The notes below the pieces were generated by a model. That model searched no databases. It was given only the letters and a program-made list of their open reading frames with translations, and was not told the DNA's origin. A stretch of DNA of 61,043 bases from a virus (taxonomy: Duplodnaviria > Caudoviricetes), in the IMG/VR virus record IMGVR_UViG_3300030117_002966, positions 1-61,043 of that record. The stretch is one strand, 5' to 3'. The translations under genes and the position numbers were made by a program. Positions 1 to 9,330 of this stretch are shown piece by piece. The stretch's first letter is position 1, and the number at the start of each line of letters is the position of its first letter.

Positions 1-2
1 TA

Positions 3-197
3 TTAATACGAAGAGAGGAATACCGTAATAAGAAAACCTATGCAATTACACCCAACCAAGCGAAATATTTATATAGTAAGGCATATGATAAGAAATCAGT
101 TAAGTGGCAGTGGTTCGAAGAACACGCTTATATCGTCGAGAGACTTAAAGCACCGTTACGTTGGAACCTACAAAAACTATACGAAGAAGCACTATGA
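3..197 (+). CDS. partial hypothetical protein (5' truncated by window edge)
   Basis: Open frame from base 3 to TGA 195-197 (LIRREEY...LYEEAL*), ATGA-coupled to the next ORF. Confidence 0.6.
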   Translation, partial: LIRREEYRNKKTYAITPNQAKYLYSKAYDKKSVKWQWFEEHAYIVERLKAPLRWNLQKLYEEAL

Positions 198-334
198 TAA
201 AAAAGAGAATTAAATACGAAAGACACGCAGGTAATATGATACCTCCATCAAGTGAGAAAGGTCAACCTTTTGTTGACTTCAATAAAGTAATGAATAGAAA
301 ACCAATAAAGAAAGTAAGGATAAAAAAGAAATGA
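194..334 (+). CDS. small basic hypothetical protein (46 aa)
   Basis: Read by hand; ATGA overlaps at both ends. Confidence 0.55.
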   Translation: MIKKRIKYERHAGNMIPPSSEKGQPFVDFNKVMNRKPIKKVRIKKK

Positions 335-504
335 TATTGATAGAAGATTTAATATTTGAATTAGAACATATCAACGAAGACCTAAACAGCACAGCTCTCA
401 GTATAGCTATTGACTTCTTAAAATATACTAGACGTAATATAGCTGGTAGAGGAACACTGTTTGGTTTCTTAGCTGGAGATGAATATAAGGATATTAAACT
501 ATGA
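331..504 (+). CDS. hypothetical protein (57 aa)
   Basis: Read by hand; ATGA-coupled to the 501 ORF. Confidence 0.6.
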   Translation: MILIEDLIFELEHINEDLNSTALSIAIDFLKYTRRNIAGRGTLFGFLAGDEYKDIKL

Positions 505-1106
505 AAGAGATAATGGAAGAATATAGCACCACGTTCTTTGAATGTATGAGTGCGTGGCCAGATGATATCAAAGAAGATATATACAAACTATATGCATACC
601 TTAGAGTATGTGATGAGATGGTAGAGGGTGAGAGAACCTTACATGACTTCAAACAATGGAGGGAAGTCATTGAACAATTCTACGAAGTGAGTGATAAGTA
701 TCAGTTCGAAGGTGAATGGCTCTCAGACTTTCACATAAGTATGTATCAAGACATGATAAAGAAAGAACATACCATAGTGTCTATGCTAGAATACTGTAAA
801 GGTTCAGCTGAGTCAGTTGGTATGATGATGTCAAAGATATTAGGCTGTCACCCACGTTGTGAGATACACGCTAGAGCATTGGGTAGAGCATTTCAAGTTA
901 TTAATTTTATAAGAGATTATGATGAAGATGTAGCTAATGGTTATCACTACATAACTAATAACTTTAGTGCATACTTAGAAATATTTTATCAAGACTTAGA
1001 CAACGGCATGGATGGGATAGATTATATACCAAAAGAGTTACAACCACCTATCCTTATGGCTGTAGAAAAATACATGGCTGTAGCTAAAAAAGTAAGTGAA
1101 GCCTAA
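501..1106 (+). CDS. squalene/phytoene synthase family protein (class I isoprenoid synthase fold)
   Basis: YAYLRVCDEMVE, YCKGSAESVG and LGRAFQVINFIRDYDED match the family's Asp-rich motifs (Y.f.R..DD; Q..N..RD..ED). Confidence 0.85.
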   Translation: MKEIMEEYSTTFFECMSAWPDDIKEDIYKLYAYLRVCDEMVEGERTLHDFKQWREVIEQFYEVSDKYQFEGEWLSDFHISMYQDMIKKEHTIVSMLEYCKGSAESVGMMMSKILGCHPRCEIHARALGRAFQVINFIRDYDEDVANGYHYITNNFSAYLEIFYQDLDNGMDGIDYIPKELQPPILMAVEKYMAVAKKVSEA

Positions 1107-1359
1107 TTATTATAATGTGATGTGGCATAATTGTAATAGATGTCGCACTCACTATACAAGTGAACACCCACACCTCAAAGCATATTTATGCGATGAGTGT
1201 TGGAAAGCAATACCTCACTTCAAAACAAAACCAAAAAAGGAAAAGAAAATGAAACACAAAGGAACTATACCAGCAGAAGCATGGATACTATTTTACATGA
1301 CAGCAGGAACACTACTATTAGTATGGGCATTATTTAATATAATGTTAAATGAACTATGA
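1096..1359 (+). CDS. Zn-finger protein with C-terminal TM helix
   Basis: CNRC...CDEC; hydrophobic C-terminus. Confidence 0.6.
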   Translation: MKPNYYNVMWHNCNRCRTHYTSEHPHLKAYLCDECWKAIPHFKTKPKKEKKMKHKGTIPAEAWILFYMTAGTLLLVWALFNIMLNEL

Positions 1360-1563
1360 ACGAATGCAATAGATGTTTTAAGAGAGCATTCTTCGTAGGT
1401 ATAGATGGAAGAAAAAGATGTGTGCACTGCACACCATACAAGGATGAATAATGGATAAAAACCCTCTAGATGAGTGGGATATATTTTGGGTGCACAAACC
1501 CTTATACCTACCATCTCAGTATACAATTACTATTCTCATTTTACAGGTCTCAGTTTATGGAGC

Positions 1564-1578
1564 GAAAGCTTTATATAC
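1564..1578 (+). promoter_or_regulatory. archaeal BRE-TATA promoter
   Basis: GAAAGCTTTATATAC upstream of the GGTGA SD and ATG at 1613. Confidence 0.65.
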
Positions 1579-1612
1579 TCTGTAGTTATGGGAGATACAC
1601 AAGGTGATTAAA

Positions 1613-1918
1613 ATGAAAAGAACAGAACAAATCAACAGTCTTATGGATGCTGTAAAGCACTACCAAAAGACAGGTAAGCACAAACAGGTTCGTATTCAAT
1701 ACAACCCTGAAAACAGAACACAATTTAACTTTGCTTCATGGAAGCACAGTTCAGATAGTGACTCTGTAAGGAATATCCTACCCGAAGATATTAGAATGTC
1801 TTCAGAAGGTAACTTCTATGTAGTAGGAAAAGACAACAGATATAATCTAAAACAATATACCTCTCAGCACAAACAACATGTGAGAGCATATAGATTAGAT
1901 AGATTGGTGATAAAATGA
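1613..1918 (+). CDS. stand-alone WYL-domain protein
   Basis: VRNILP..I...GNFYVVG.D.R...VRAYRLDRL matches the WYL signature (R.v.P..l...wYl.a.d..r...R.FRlDRi). Confidence 0.65.
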   Translation: MKRTEQINSLMDAVKHYQKTGKHKQVRIQYNPENRTQFNFASWKHSSDSDSVRNILPEDIRMSSEGNFYVVGKDNRYNLKQYTSQHKQHVRAYRLDRLVIK

Positions 1919-2082
1919 AACAAGTAAGTAGTATAAAAAGAATAAGTGAATATAAATCGATATACATTCCAGATGTAATTTTGGAAGACATGAGCATGGA
2001 CTCCGGTGACAATGTAGTTTGGTTCCAGAATGATGAAGGACACTACCTTATCAAAAAAGTTCAAGTAGATATATTAGATTAG
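1915..2082 (+). CDS. AbrB/MazE/SpoVT-family DNA-binding protein (55 aa, absent from ORF track)
   Basis: MKQVSSIKRISEYKSIYIPDVILEDMSMDSGDNVVWFQNDEGHYLIKKV has the IP...l.l..GD.v.w....g..ikK pattern; ATGA-coupled. Confidence 0.7.
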   Translation: MKQVSSIKRISEYKSIYIPDVILEDMSMDSGDNVVWFQNDEGHYLIKKVQVDILD

Positions 2083-2091
2083 GTATTAACA

Positions 2092-2439
2092 ATGAATGAA
2101 TTATTGAAAGGCTTTCTCGAATTGGCAGACAAGAACGAAGAGTCGCTCTCAGTTGAGTCTCTCTTATCAGAAGATGAGAGGTTTGATTGGGAAACATTAG
2201 TGAAAGCATATGACTCTATCGACATAATGAATGTTGGTAAAGACTTAAAGAAACTATCAAAGACATATCAACTATCCAGATGGCAAGAGTTGTCTATCTT
2301 AGCTTATGTTAAAATATTAGAGATGATGATTAAGAGAGCTAAAGAAGCAGGTGCTATGGATATGATGTCAGATACCATACCAAAACCACCAACAAATGAC
2401 CCATCGGATACTGAGTATTCAGGAAGTATGTTCGGATGA
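2092..2439 (+). CDS. hypothetical protein
   Basis: ORF track; in operon. Confidence 0.7.
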   Translation: MNELLKGFLELADKNEESLSVESLLSEDERFDWETLVKAYDSIDIMNVGKDLKKLSKTYQLSRWQELSILAYVKILEMMIKRAKEAGAMDMMSDTIPKPPTNDPSDTEYSGSMFG

Positions 2440-2555
2440 ATAACTTCACAGCCTGTAACACATGCAAATGTAGGTTAGCACTCGAATACGTTAGATATAA
2501 AGATACAGCAGGTAACCCCTACTGTCACATTTGTTATCAGAGGTTATTAGTATGA
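2436..2555 (+). CDS. small Zn-ribbon protein (39 aa)
   Basis: CNTC...CHIC; ATGA overlaps at both ends. Confidence 0.55.
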   Translation: MNNFTACNTCKCRLALEYVRYKDTAGNPYCHICYQRLLV

Positions 2556-2660
2556 ATGAAAGAGTATTAGCTATGGCTCGTGAGTTATGTTTAACGAGTG
2601 AATACTTATTTGATATAGCTGTGGAAATGGCTGAAGAAGAATTAAATGAGGGGCTATACG

Positions 2661-2984
2661 ATGAGTGAAAGATGGAACGCCTTTGACCGAATATGGGCTA
2701 AGGGTAAAACTAATAAAATGGTTCAACGTCTAATGGATAAGTGTAAACTAAGAGGACTAGAACCAACTGAGGAAAACTGTCGTGACTATTGGATGGGTTA
2801 TGTTAGATACTATGTTGATGGTTGGACAGGACAGGGTTATCATGTGAACCCACGTAAGAACAAAATACTCATGAAACAACTAAAAAGGAATCAAAAGAAT
2901 GACAATAGAAGAAGACAGAAAGGCGGAAGCAAACCACCACACAAGATGGGCGGAAGACATTCGCAAAAGAAACGAAAGGTATAG
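2661..2984 (+). CDS. hypothetical protein with basic C-terminus
   Basis: ORF track; probable start MSERW. Confidence 0.65.
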   Translation: MSERWNAFDRIWAKGKTNKMVQRLMDKCKLRGLEPTEENCRDYWMGYVRYYVDGWTGQGYHVNPRKNKILMKQLKRNQKNDNRRRQKGGSKPPHKMGGRHSQKKRKV

Positions 2985-3165
2985 CGAAGAAAGTAATTGG
3001 TTTCCATTTGTTCAAAACGTGGAGGATATCCTATCCAGAATAGATAAGATGTCTGAACGATTTGATGATTTGGAAAACAAAATCGGAGAGACACAAGGAA
3101 TGATAAAGAACCTAAGAAAGATATTAATCAAGCTGGAGGTAATCGATGACCGATTCATCTTCTGA
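2899..3165 (+). CDS. coiled-coil hypothetical protein
   Basis: ORF track; heptad pattern. Confidence 0.6.
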   Translation: MTIEEDRKAEANHHTRWAEDIRKRNERYSEESNWFPFVQNVEDILSRIDKMSERFDDLENKIGETQGMIKNLRKILIKLEVIDDRFIF

Positions 3166-3418
3166 AGTAGATATGGTTATATCAGAGAAAGCGATGCATG
3201 ATATCATGGCATCCAAACAAGATACAAGTAAAGGACAAGTGATGACACACCTTATGCGTATCGGCACATTTCAAGTAGAGATAGCACCCGAAGAAGATAT
3301 AGATGTAAGGGCTTTCTTTAATGAAACACTAGACAAATTGATTACAGCATATGGCGATAAGCTATTAGAAATCGATGTCAAAGGGATACCTATGCAATCC
3401 TCTAATATGCATGGATAA
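3146..3418 (+). CDS. hypothetical protein
   Basis: GGAGGT SD upstream. Confidence 0.7.
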   Translation: MTDSSSEVDMVISEKAMHDIMASKQDTSKGQVMTHLMRIGTFQVEIAPEEDIDVRAFFNETLDKLITAYGDKLLEIDVKGIPMQSSNMHG

Positions 3419-3436
3419 TAAAAAGGAGAAATAATA

Positions 3437-3646
3437 ATGGCAGGAAAAAGTGGATTAGAACTAAGAGCCGGATTGTTCCGGAACACAGACAAGAATGGAA
3501 ACGTCTACTACTCAGGTAAGTCTGAGGGTGGAGATGAATTCGTTATGTTCAGAAACACCTATTGGAAAGAAGGTTCCAACAAACCATACTTCAGATTAAT
3601 GAAGCGTGTTGCTGATGGCCCTTCCTCAAGTAGTGTGGAGGACTAA
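3437..3646 (+). CDS. small beta-rich protein, DUF736-like (putative nucleic-acid binding)
   Basis: AGLFRNTDKNGNVYYSG...FRN...KPYFRL; AGGAG SD. Confidence 0.5.
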   Translation: MAGKSGLELRAGLFRNTDKNGNVYYSGKSEGGDEFVMFRNTYWKEGSNKPYFRLMKRVADGPSSSSVED

Positions 3647-3648
3647 GA

Positions 3649-4020
3649 ATGTATGGAAGAGATGCAGACCGTATGTTAGATATGTGGATGGACTTACTAT
3701 CTCAGATAGAACAAGTCCCCTCAGGTCGTCATGCACTTTCTACACTAAGTAGAAAAGATGTCTCAGTTAATGAAGAGAACGGAACTATATCAATCACAGC
3801 AGAATTAGCTGGGTTAGATAAAGACCAAGTCGATGTAGAAGTAAGTAGTAGAACTGTAACTATCGTAGCCAACTCAGAAAGAAAGAACTTCAAATGGGAA
3901 GAGACTTTCAAATATGAGTTAGACCCAGAGTCAACAAAAGCTACTATGATAAATGGTATACTCGATTTAGTAATAGAAAAGAAAGAGAAAACATCAGCAA
4001 AGAAAGTAGAGATTGAATGA
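3649..4020 (+). CDS. Hsp20/alpha-crystallin small heat-shock protein
   Basis: ITAELAGLDKDQVDV...ATMINGILDLVIEK (A.y.NGvL.i motif). Confidence 0.9.
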   Translation: MYGRDADRMLDMWMDLLSQIEQVPSGRHALSTLSRKDVSVNEENGTISITAELAGLDKDQVDVEVSSRTVTIVANSERKNFKWEETFKYELDPESTKATMINGILDLVIEKKEKTSAKKVEIE

Positions 4021-4685
4021 GTGTAGACGATTGGATTCAATCGCCCCGTAGTCAGAGAATATGGTTAGAAGATTCAATGACGGCTAGAGGACAGTTTGCT
4101 TTTATAGCACCTATACACAGAGTTAAACATTGGAATCCTACTACTAAACGTAGAAATAAATGTTGGGCTAAGGAAGGTGAATGTGTCTTTTGTAAAAATG
4201 GCACACCCAAGATTAATGAGTTCACCTATGGTTTATATGTATCAGAAAAGAAAGAGATAAAATATCTTACACTGACGGTGGCTTCCCACACTATTGCTCA
4301 ACGTTTATTCTCTACACTAATTGAGAGTGGAACCAACCCTACAGATTTAGTTTTTAAATTTCAAAAAGGTAAGGTAACTACATCATTTGGTAGAAGTGCT
4401 AATGGTTACATAATAGAACCAACTGAGGAAGAGGTTTTCGTTGCTGAGAAGTTTAGACCAAGTCTAACTAACAGTGATGAACAGTCTTACACATGGTTAG
4501 TTCCAGAAGAAATAGTAGAGTTCCTTAAGGATAAAGATGGCGACCCTATCACTATGATAGATTTATATCTAATACTTAAAGACCAATTCCCTGCTATCTC
4601 AGATAAAGACTTAAAGAAATATGCAGTCAAACTATGTGAACACAATGTTCTTAACTTAGTAAACGCGAGGCAGAAATGGATTTAA
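4017..4685 (+). CDS. putative Zn-binding ssDNA-binding protein
   Basis: KHW...KC.....CVFC motif reminiscent of gp32-like SSBs; position before the helicase. Confidence 0.4.
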   Translation: MSVDDWIQSPRSQRIWLEDSMTARGQFAFIAPIHRVKHWNPTTKRRNKCWAKEGECVFCKNGTPKINEFTYGLYVSEKKEIKYLTLTVASHTIAQRLFSTLIESGTNPTDLVFKFQKGKVTTSFGRSANGYIIEPTEEEVFVAEKFRPSLTNSDEQSYTWLVPEEIVEFLKDKDGDPITMIDLYLILKDQFPAISDKDLKKYAVKLCEHNVLNLVNARQKWI

Positions 4686-4764
4686 TAGAATACATAACAA
4701 TAATAATGATAGTAGATGGCCCTATATTAGGTGCCTTCTATATGCTTTATAGGAAAATAACGAA

Positions 4765-6243
4765 ATGAAAAAATACGAAATACACGACTTACTAAGATAT
4801 TTTCACAATGCAAAGAAAAGAGATGGCACACTCTTTCCTATATTGGGAGAGGACTCGTTAGCTCTGACAGCAAGTTTATCTTATTTATTAGAAGACACTA
4901 ACTTTTGTGTCAAAGCATATAGTGGGACAGGTAAAACAGTATTGATGGAAGCTATATTTAATTTACTTCCAGAAGACTATGTTCATACAATAGAACATTT
5001 ATCTGAGACTGCCGTGTGGTATGAGATGGATAAAATAAACAAAGCTCGTTTTGTAGCTATACCTGAAGCGCAGAAGATACCTGAGGGTGTAATGGAAATT
5101 ATCAAGACATGGGCAGATGGAAGAACAGCACAACGTAAACGCACAGATGTGACTGCTGGTAGAGGTGGTGGCGTTATGAGTCATTGGCTTTACCCCAAAG
5201 AAGTATTTATGTGTGTGGCTGTAGAGAATGAGAAAGGTAGTGCTATGTTTGATGCTGAGTTGGAACGAAGATGTATGATTATGCATACTAACCCTACAGT
5301 AGAACAAACTGAAAGAGTCATAAAACATAAACTATTACACTCAGCAGTTGAGACAGCAACAATATCAACTATGGATGATGCTGAAATGGAAGGACTCAAG
5401 CAACACATCATGACTGCAATAACAGCAAGAGATGAGGATGATGCCACGATTATAAAAAATCCCTGTGCACCATTCTTATTTGATGCTATACCATCAGCAT
5501 TCCCTGTGTCTCGTTCGAAAGTCCAGTATATACTGAGACTAATCAACGCTATAGCAAGATTTTATCCAGATGAGATAGTCAGAATGGAGAGAGATGGTAA
5601 GGTCTATGGCCTTGTTACACCCAAACATAATTGGTTAGCTCTACGAATCTATCTTAACTCTTTTGTAGAGGAATGCTTACACATGCCAAGTCATGGAACA
5701 GACATACTCAAACTATTTCCTGAGACAAGAATGGATAAGTTTGGGTTTGCAGATAGTGACACAGTAAAGATGTCTGAGGGTGAATTAAAGAAAGCAGCCA
5801 AAGCTGCTGGGCTTCCCTTCACTAAACTGAGACCTGTTATATCAGGACTAATGATGACAGGTTTCTTAGAGAGCGAAGATGATGGCAAACGACAGCTTTA
5901 TTATAAAAGTCCTTTGTTGACCTCACCTGCATCAAAGATAAATTGGAGTGATTTAATTGGAGAAACGAAAAAGTTTATACGAGAAGAGTGGCCTGAAGTG
6001 GCTGACGAATACATTGGGCGCTGTTGTAGCAGTGTCAAGATTGTTGACCCGTTTAGCGGGGACAACATTGAGTTGGGTGAGAGAGCAAAGACAGCGTTAG
6101 AGGTTAGTAGCGCTGATTACCCAAAGGTTTTTAAGACAGCTAATGATGTTTGGGAAACCTATGAAGAATTTCTGTTACATGCAGAAGGAGACTATAATGA
6201 AAAAGAATACGAAGCCGTCAAACTCTTTTACGAGAAAGGTTAA
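4765..6243 (+). CDS. AAA+ ATPase, putative replicative helicase
   Basis: Walker A AYSGTGKT, Walker-B-like FVAIPE, Arg finger DAELERR, C-terminal winged-helix-like segment. Confidence 0.65.
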   Translation: MKKYEIHDLLRYFHNAKKRDGTLFPILGEDSLALTASLSYLLEDTNFCVKAYSGTGKTVLMEAIFNLLPEDYVHTIEHLSETAVWYEMDKINKARFVAIPEAQKIPEGVMEIIKTWADGRTAQRKRTDVTAGRGGGVMSHWLYPKEVFMCVAVENEKGSAMFDAELERRCMIMHTNPTVEQTERVIKHKLLHSAVETATISTMDDAEMEGLKQHIMTAITARDEDDATIIKNPCAPFLFDAIPSAFPVSRSKVQYILRLINAIARFYPDEIVRMERDGKVYGLVTPKHNWLALRIYLNSFVEECLHMPSHGTDILKLFPETRMDKFGFADSDTVKMSEGELKKAAKAAGLPFTKLRPVISGLMMTGFLESEDDGKRQLYYKSPLLTSPASKINWSDLIGETKKFIREEWPEVADEYIGRCCSSVKIVDPFSGDNIELGERAKTALEVSSADYPKVFKTANDVWETYEEFLLHAEGDYNEKEYEAVKLFYEKG

Positions 6244-6517
6244 ACTTCCTACAAAGGATGAACAGTTTGCTGTTGTCATGGAGATGTCTGGAGGTTCCAG
6301 ACTAATAGCCATGTGTGAAGATGGCAAGACACGAATGGTTCGTATAGGTGGTAGATTCAAAAGAAGAATGTGGGTCCGAGAGAAGGACCTCATATTAATC
6401 AAACCGTGGCCAATCCAAGCTGAGTCTAAAGCAGACTTAGTCCACAGGTATCTACCAAATGAGAGAAATTGGATACTAAAGAAAGATATAATACCAGAGG
6501 AGATAAACATATGGTAA
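6197..6517 (+). CDS. eif1a: archaeal translation initiation factor 1A (aIF-1A)
   Basis: LP...EQFAVV.EM.GGSRL...CEDGKTRM.RI.GRFKRRMWVRE.DLIL..PW..Q...KAD.V.RY; GAAGGAG SD before ATG 6197. Confidence 0.93.
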   Translation: MKKNTKPSNSFTRKVKLPTKDEQFAVVMEMSGGSRLIAMCEDGKTRMVRIGGRFKRRMWVREKDLILIKPWPIQAESKADLVHRYLPNERNWILKKDIIPEEINIW

Positions 6518-6837
6518 AAGGAATAGAAGAAACATACACGGACTTTACCCGTAGAACAGCCAAATACCCTAAGAGAAGGGAAAAAGAATACCTAATGCTC
6601 GGCTTGATGAATGAAGCTGGAGAAGTAGGTGGTGCATTTAAAAAAGAAATCAGAGACCGAGTAGACAACACCGAACTTATAATAGATGAGATGGGTGATG
6701 TTCTATGGTATCTCACACGATTGTGTGATGTATATGATATAAAAATATCTGAGTTGATGGTAAACAACATAGATAAGTTATTCAACAGAATGACACCAGA
6801 ACAACAACAGGTATACAGAGATGAGTGTGGATATTAA
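6511..6837 (+). CDS. MazG-like NTP pyrophosphohydrolase
   Basis: LGLMNEAGEV...DEMGDVLWYL. Confidence 0.88.
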   Translation: MVKGIEETYTDFTRRTAKYPKRREKEYLMLGLMNEAGEVGGAFKKEIRDRVDNTELIIDEMGDVLWYLTRLCDVYDIKISELMVNNIDKLFNRMTPEQQQVYRDECGY

Positions 6838-7102
6838 AAAACTAACAGTCTCAACTGATGAGGAACGCAAACAGTGGATGGAACTATTGAACAAAGCCAG
6901 TGATTATCATTATGATATGTCAGGTCAGTTCTCACCAGAAATACTAGGAGACACTGAGATGGAAGAAGTAGCTGAGATACACCGTGCATGGGGTAGAGCC
7001 ATTCACGATGCAGTAGCTCTTATCAATATGTGGGAAGTAAAATCAGAAGATGAGATACTTACACCCGATGGTACTGTCAACGTAACACCGGAGAATGAAT
7101 GA
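6821..7102 (+). CDS. hypothetical protein
   Basis: ORF track; coupled to polB. Confidence 0.7.
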   Translation: MSVDIKKLTVSTDEERKQWMELLNKASDYHYDMSGQFSPEILGDTEMEEVAEIHRAWGRAIHDAVALINMWEVKSEDEILTPDGTVNVTPENE

Positions 7103-9330
7103 AAGTTCCTCTGATTGCAAGTATTAACAAACGCACAATAAACTTAGAGACTAAACAATTGATGGTCAAGATGTATAGGAACGGTGAGGCTGAGGCTGTA
7201 AAGTCTCCGTACACACCATACTTCTATACTGAGGACGAACATGGGGAGACAAAAAAGTTGATAGCTTCGGATAAGACAGTTCAACTGAAAAAACACCTCT
7301 ATATACCCGGTAAGGACCACGTCCCACGCCACGCACTCTTTGATGGTGGAAGAGAAACATTACTCGAAAGGCTTTGTATAGAACACCCTAAGTTCTTTGC
7401 AGACTACCCTAACGACAAAGATGTAAAATGCCTTGTGTTCGATATAGAAACACACTCCCCCGATGGTACCTTTCCTTTTGGAGAGAAGTATCCTATCGTT
7501 GCCATTGGCATTGTAACTTCCACTGGAGAGCGCAAAGTGTTCCTATGGGACAATGAAAATCAAGATGATAAGCAACTACTATGGGACTTCGCTAATTATA
7601 TACAGGACTATGACCCTGATATTATTACGGGGTGGAATCTTGTGGGGTATGATATTCCACAAATTCTCCACAGAGTCCGTTATAATCATATAAACGAAAC
7701 CCAATATAAAAAACATCTCAACCGAGATGGGTCTTCTTGGGGGTTTGAACCACCAAGAGATAACAGAGAACTTAAGATGAACGCTGGTGGTCGCGTTATA
7801 TTAGACCTGCTACGGTGGGCTAGACTCGATTATTCCCTTTCGGGTCTACCACGTGGACTCAAACAGGTATCTCAGGCATTTGGTCTGAATCCTATTGAGC
7901 TCGACTTTGCACACAAAACACTCATGGATTACCCCCTTAATGAAATAGAGGACTATGTGTTGTCAGATGTCGATTGTACATTATTTATGTATAACCACTA
8001 CTTTCCACAAATACAATACGTAGCAGAGGTTCTATGCGTACCACTGGCAACCTATGTTAACGCCCCCAGTAGCTATATTACGAAAATATTGCAGGGGAGG
8101 AGCTTATTCGAGCAGGGCATAGTAGCGCTTGATAGAAACAAAGAGCGTCATCCTGATATCTTTAGATTCGATAAAGGTAACTATCAAGCTGCGCACATTG
8201 AACTATACAGGCAGGGTTATGAAGCTGAGAACTACAAAGTAGATTTCAGTTCTTATTATCCCTCCATAGCGATGGCTCTCAACTTAGGACCTGATACCAC
8301 TAAGATTATAGGGTATGATGACTACACACCTGATATAGAATTTAAGGATGGTATACTGTATGTGCCTGACAATAAAGTAAGTAAACGTTTGATGGTTAAA
8401 ATAGACACAGACAAGAAGAGTTGTTTATATACCATGTGTAAAGAGTTCAAAGAAATGCGAAAACCTTATAAGCTTGGTAAGACTAAGGAAGATAAGAGCA
8501 AGTCTGATGCTCTTAAAATAATGGTGAATACTTTCTATGGTGCAAACGCTAATCCTTATATTTCTTACGGCGATATGGGCGTCGGTCTTACTATTACAGC
8601 AGTTGCCCGTTGGCTCTTATTATCGGCTGTCGACATCATCCGTGCTCGGTATGGAAAAGATTCTGTGGTTTATGTACATACAGATGGGATTAATACTAAT
8701 GTGGATGTGGACGTCGATTGGCTAACTAAACGCCTACAAATGTTGATGAAACACCATCTACCTTTCGTTGAATCTGAAAATATTACAATGGATAAAGATA
8801 TATTCAAAGAAGGAGTTTGGATACAGGTTGGTAATTATATATTGCGTAACTTGGATGGTAGTGTTACAAAGCATGGAAGCACATTTAAATCAAAGAGCCG
8901 CTCTATATTCTATAATAAGGTGTTAGATAGGTTATCAGATGCCCGATTAAATAACACCGTGACAAATTCTTTTGTCGATAAATTATACGAGCTGGACGAA
9001 TATGTTTTAGAAGATTTTATTATGCGTAGGTCTACTAATAGAGGTTACGATGACTATAAATCAGAAACCGACTTAACAGTTCAGTTGATGAATCTTGGTA
9101 AACAAATAGGGATGGAACCGGCAGAAGGAACTACTTACTTCTATGCTAAGACCAAAGAAGGCTACAAATTAAAAGAACAAATAAAATCTATAGAAGAAAT
9201 AGATATTACCTACTACTGGGATACAATATCTAACCTACTAATTAAGTTTGGATTGAAACAACAAGTCAAAAAGAAACCACCTCTAACAATGTTAGATAAG
9301 AAACAACAATCATTAGCTGAGTGGATATGA
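7099..9330 (+). CDS. polB: family B DNA polymerase
   Basis: Exo I DIET, Exo II GWN..GYD, Exo III YVLSD; motifs DFSSYYPS, KIMVNTFYG, YVHTDG; C-terminal PIP box QQSLAEW. Confidence 0.95.
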   Translation: MKVPLIASINKRTINLETKQLMVKMYRNGEAEAVKSPYTPYFYTEDEHGETKKLIASDKTVQLKKHLYIPGKDHVPRHALFDGGRETLLERLCIEHPKFFADYPNDKDVKCLVFDIETHSPDGTFPFGEKYPIVAIGIVTSTGERKVFLWDNENQDDKQLLWDFANYIQDYDPDIITGWNLVGYDIPQILHRVRYNHINETQYKKHLNRDGSSWGFEPPRDNRELKMNAGGRVILDLLRWARLDYSLSGLPRGLKQVSQAFGLNPIELDFAHKTLMDYPLNEIEDYVLSDVDCTLFMYNHYFPQIQYVAEVLCVPLATYVNAPSSYITKILQGRSLFEQGIVALDRNKERHPDIFRFDKGNYQAAHIELYRQGYEAENYKVDFSSYYPSIAMALNLGPDTTKIIGYDDYTPDIEFKDGILYVPDNKVSKRLMVKIDTDKKSCLYTMCKEFKEMRKPYKLGKTKEDKSKSDALKIMVNTFYGANANPYISYGDMGVGLTITAVARWLLLSAVDIIRARYGKDSVVYVHTDGINTNVDVDVDWLTKRLQMLMKHHLPFVESENITMDKDIFKEGVWIQVGNYILRNLDGSVTKHGSTFKSKSRSIFYNKVLDRLSDARLNNTVTNSFVDKLYELDEYVLEDFIMRRSTNRGYDDYKSETDLTVQLMNLGKQIGMEPAEGTTYFYAKTKEGYKLKEQIKSIEEIDITYYWDTISNLLIKFGLKQQVKKKPPLTMLDKKQQSLAEWI

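Noticed and set aside
8060-8130. Further GCYCTAY-like clusters in polB (also about 3300 and 44640) implying strict 5-kb periodicity
   Set aside because: Only mismatched copies; insufficient to claim periodicity.
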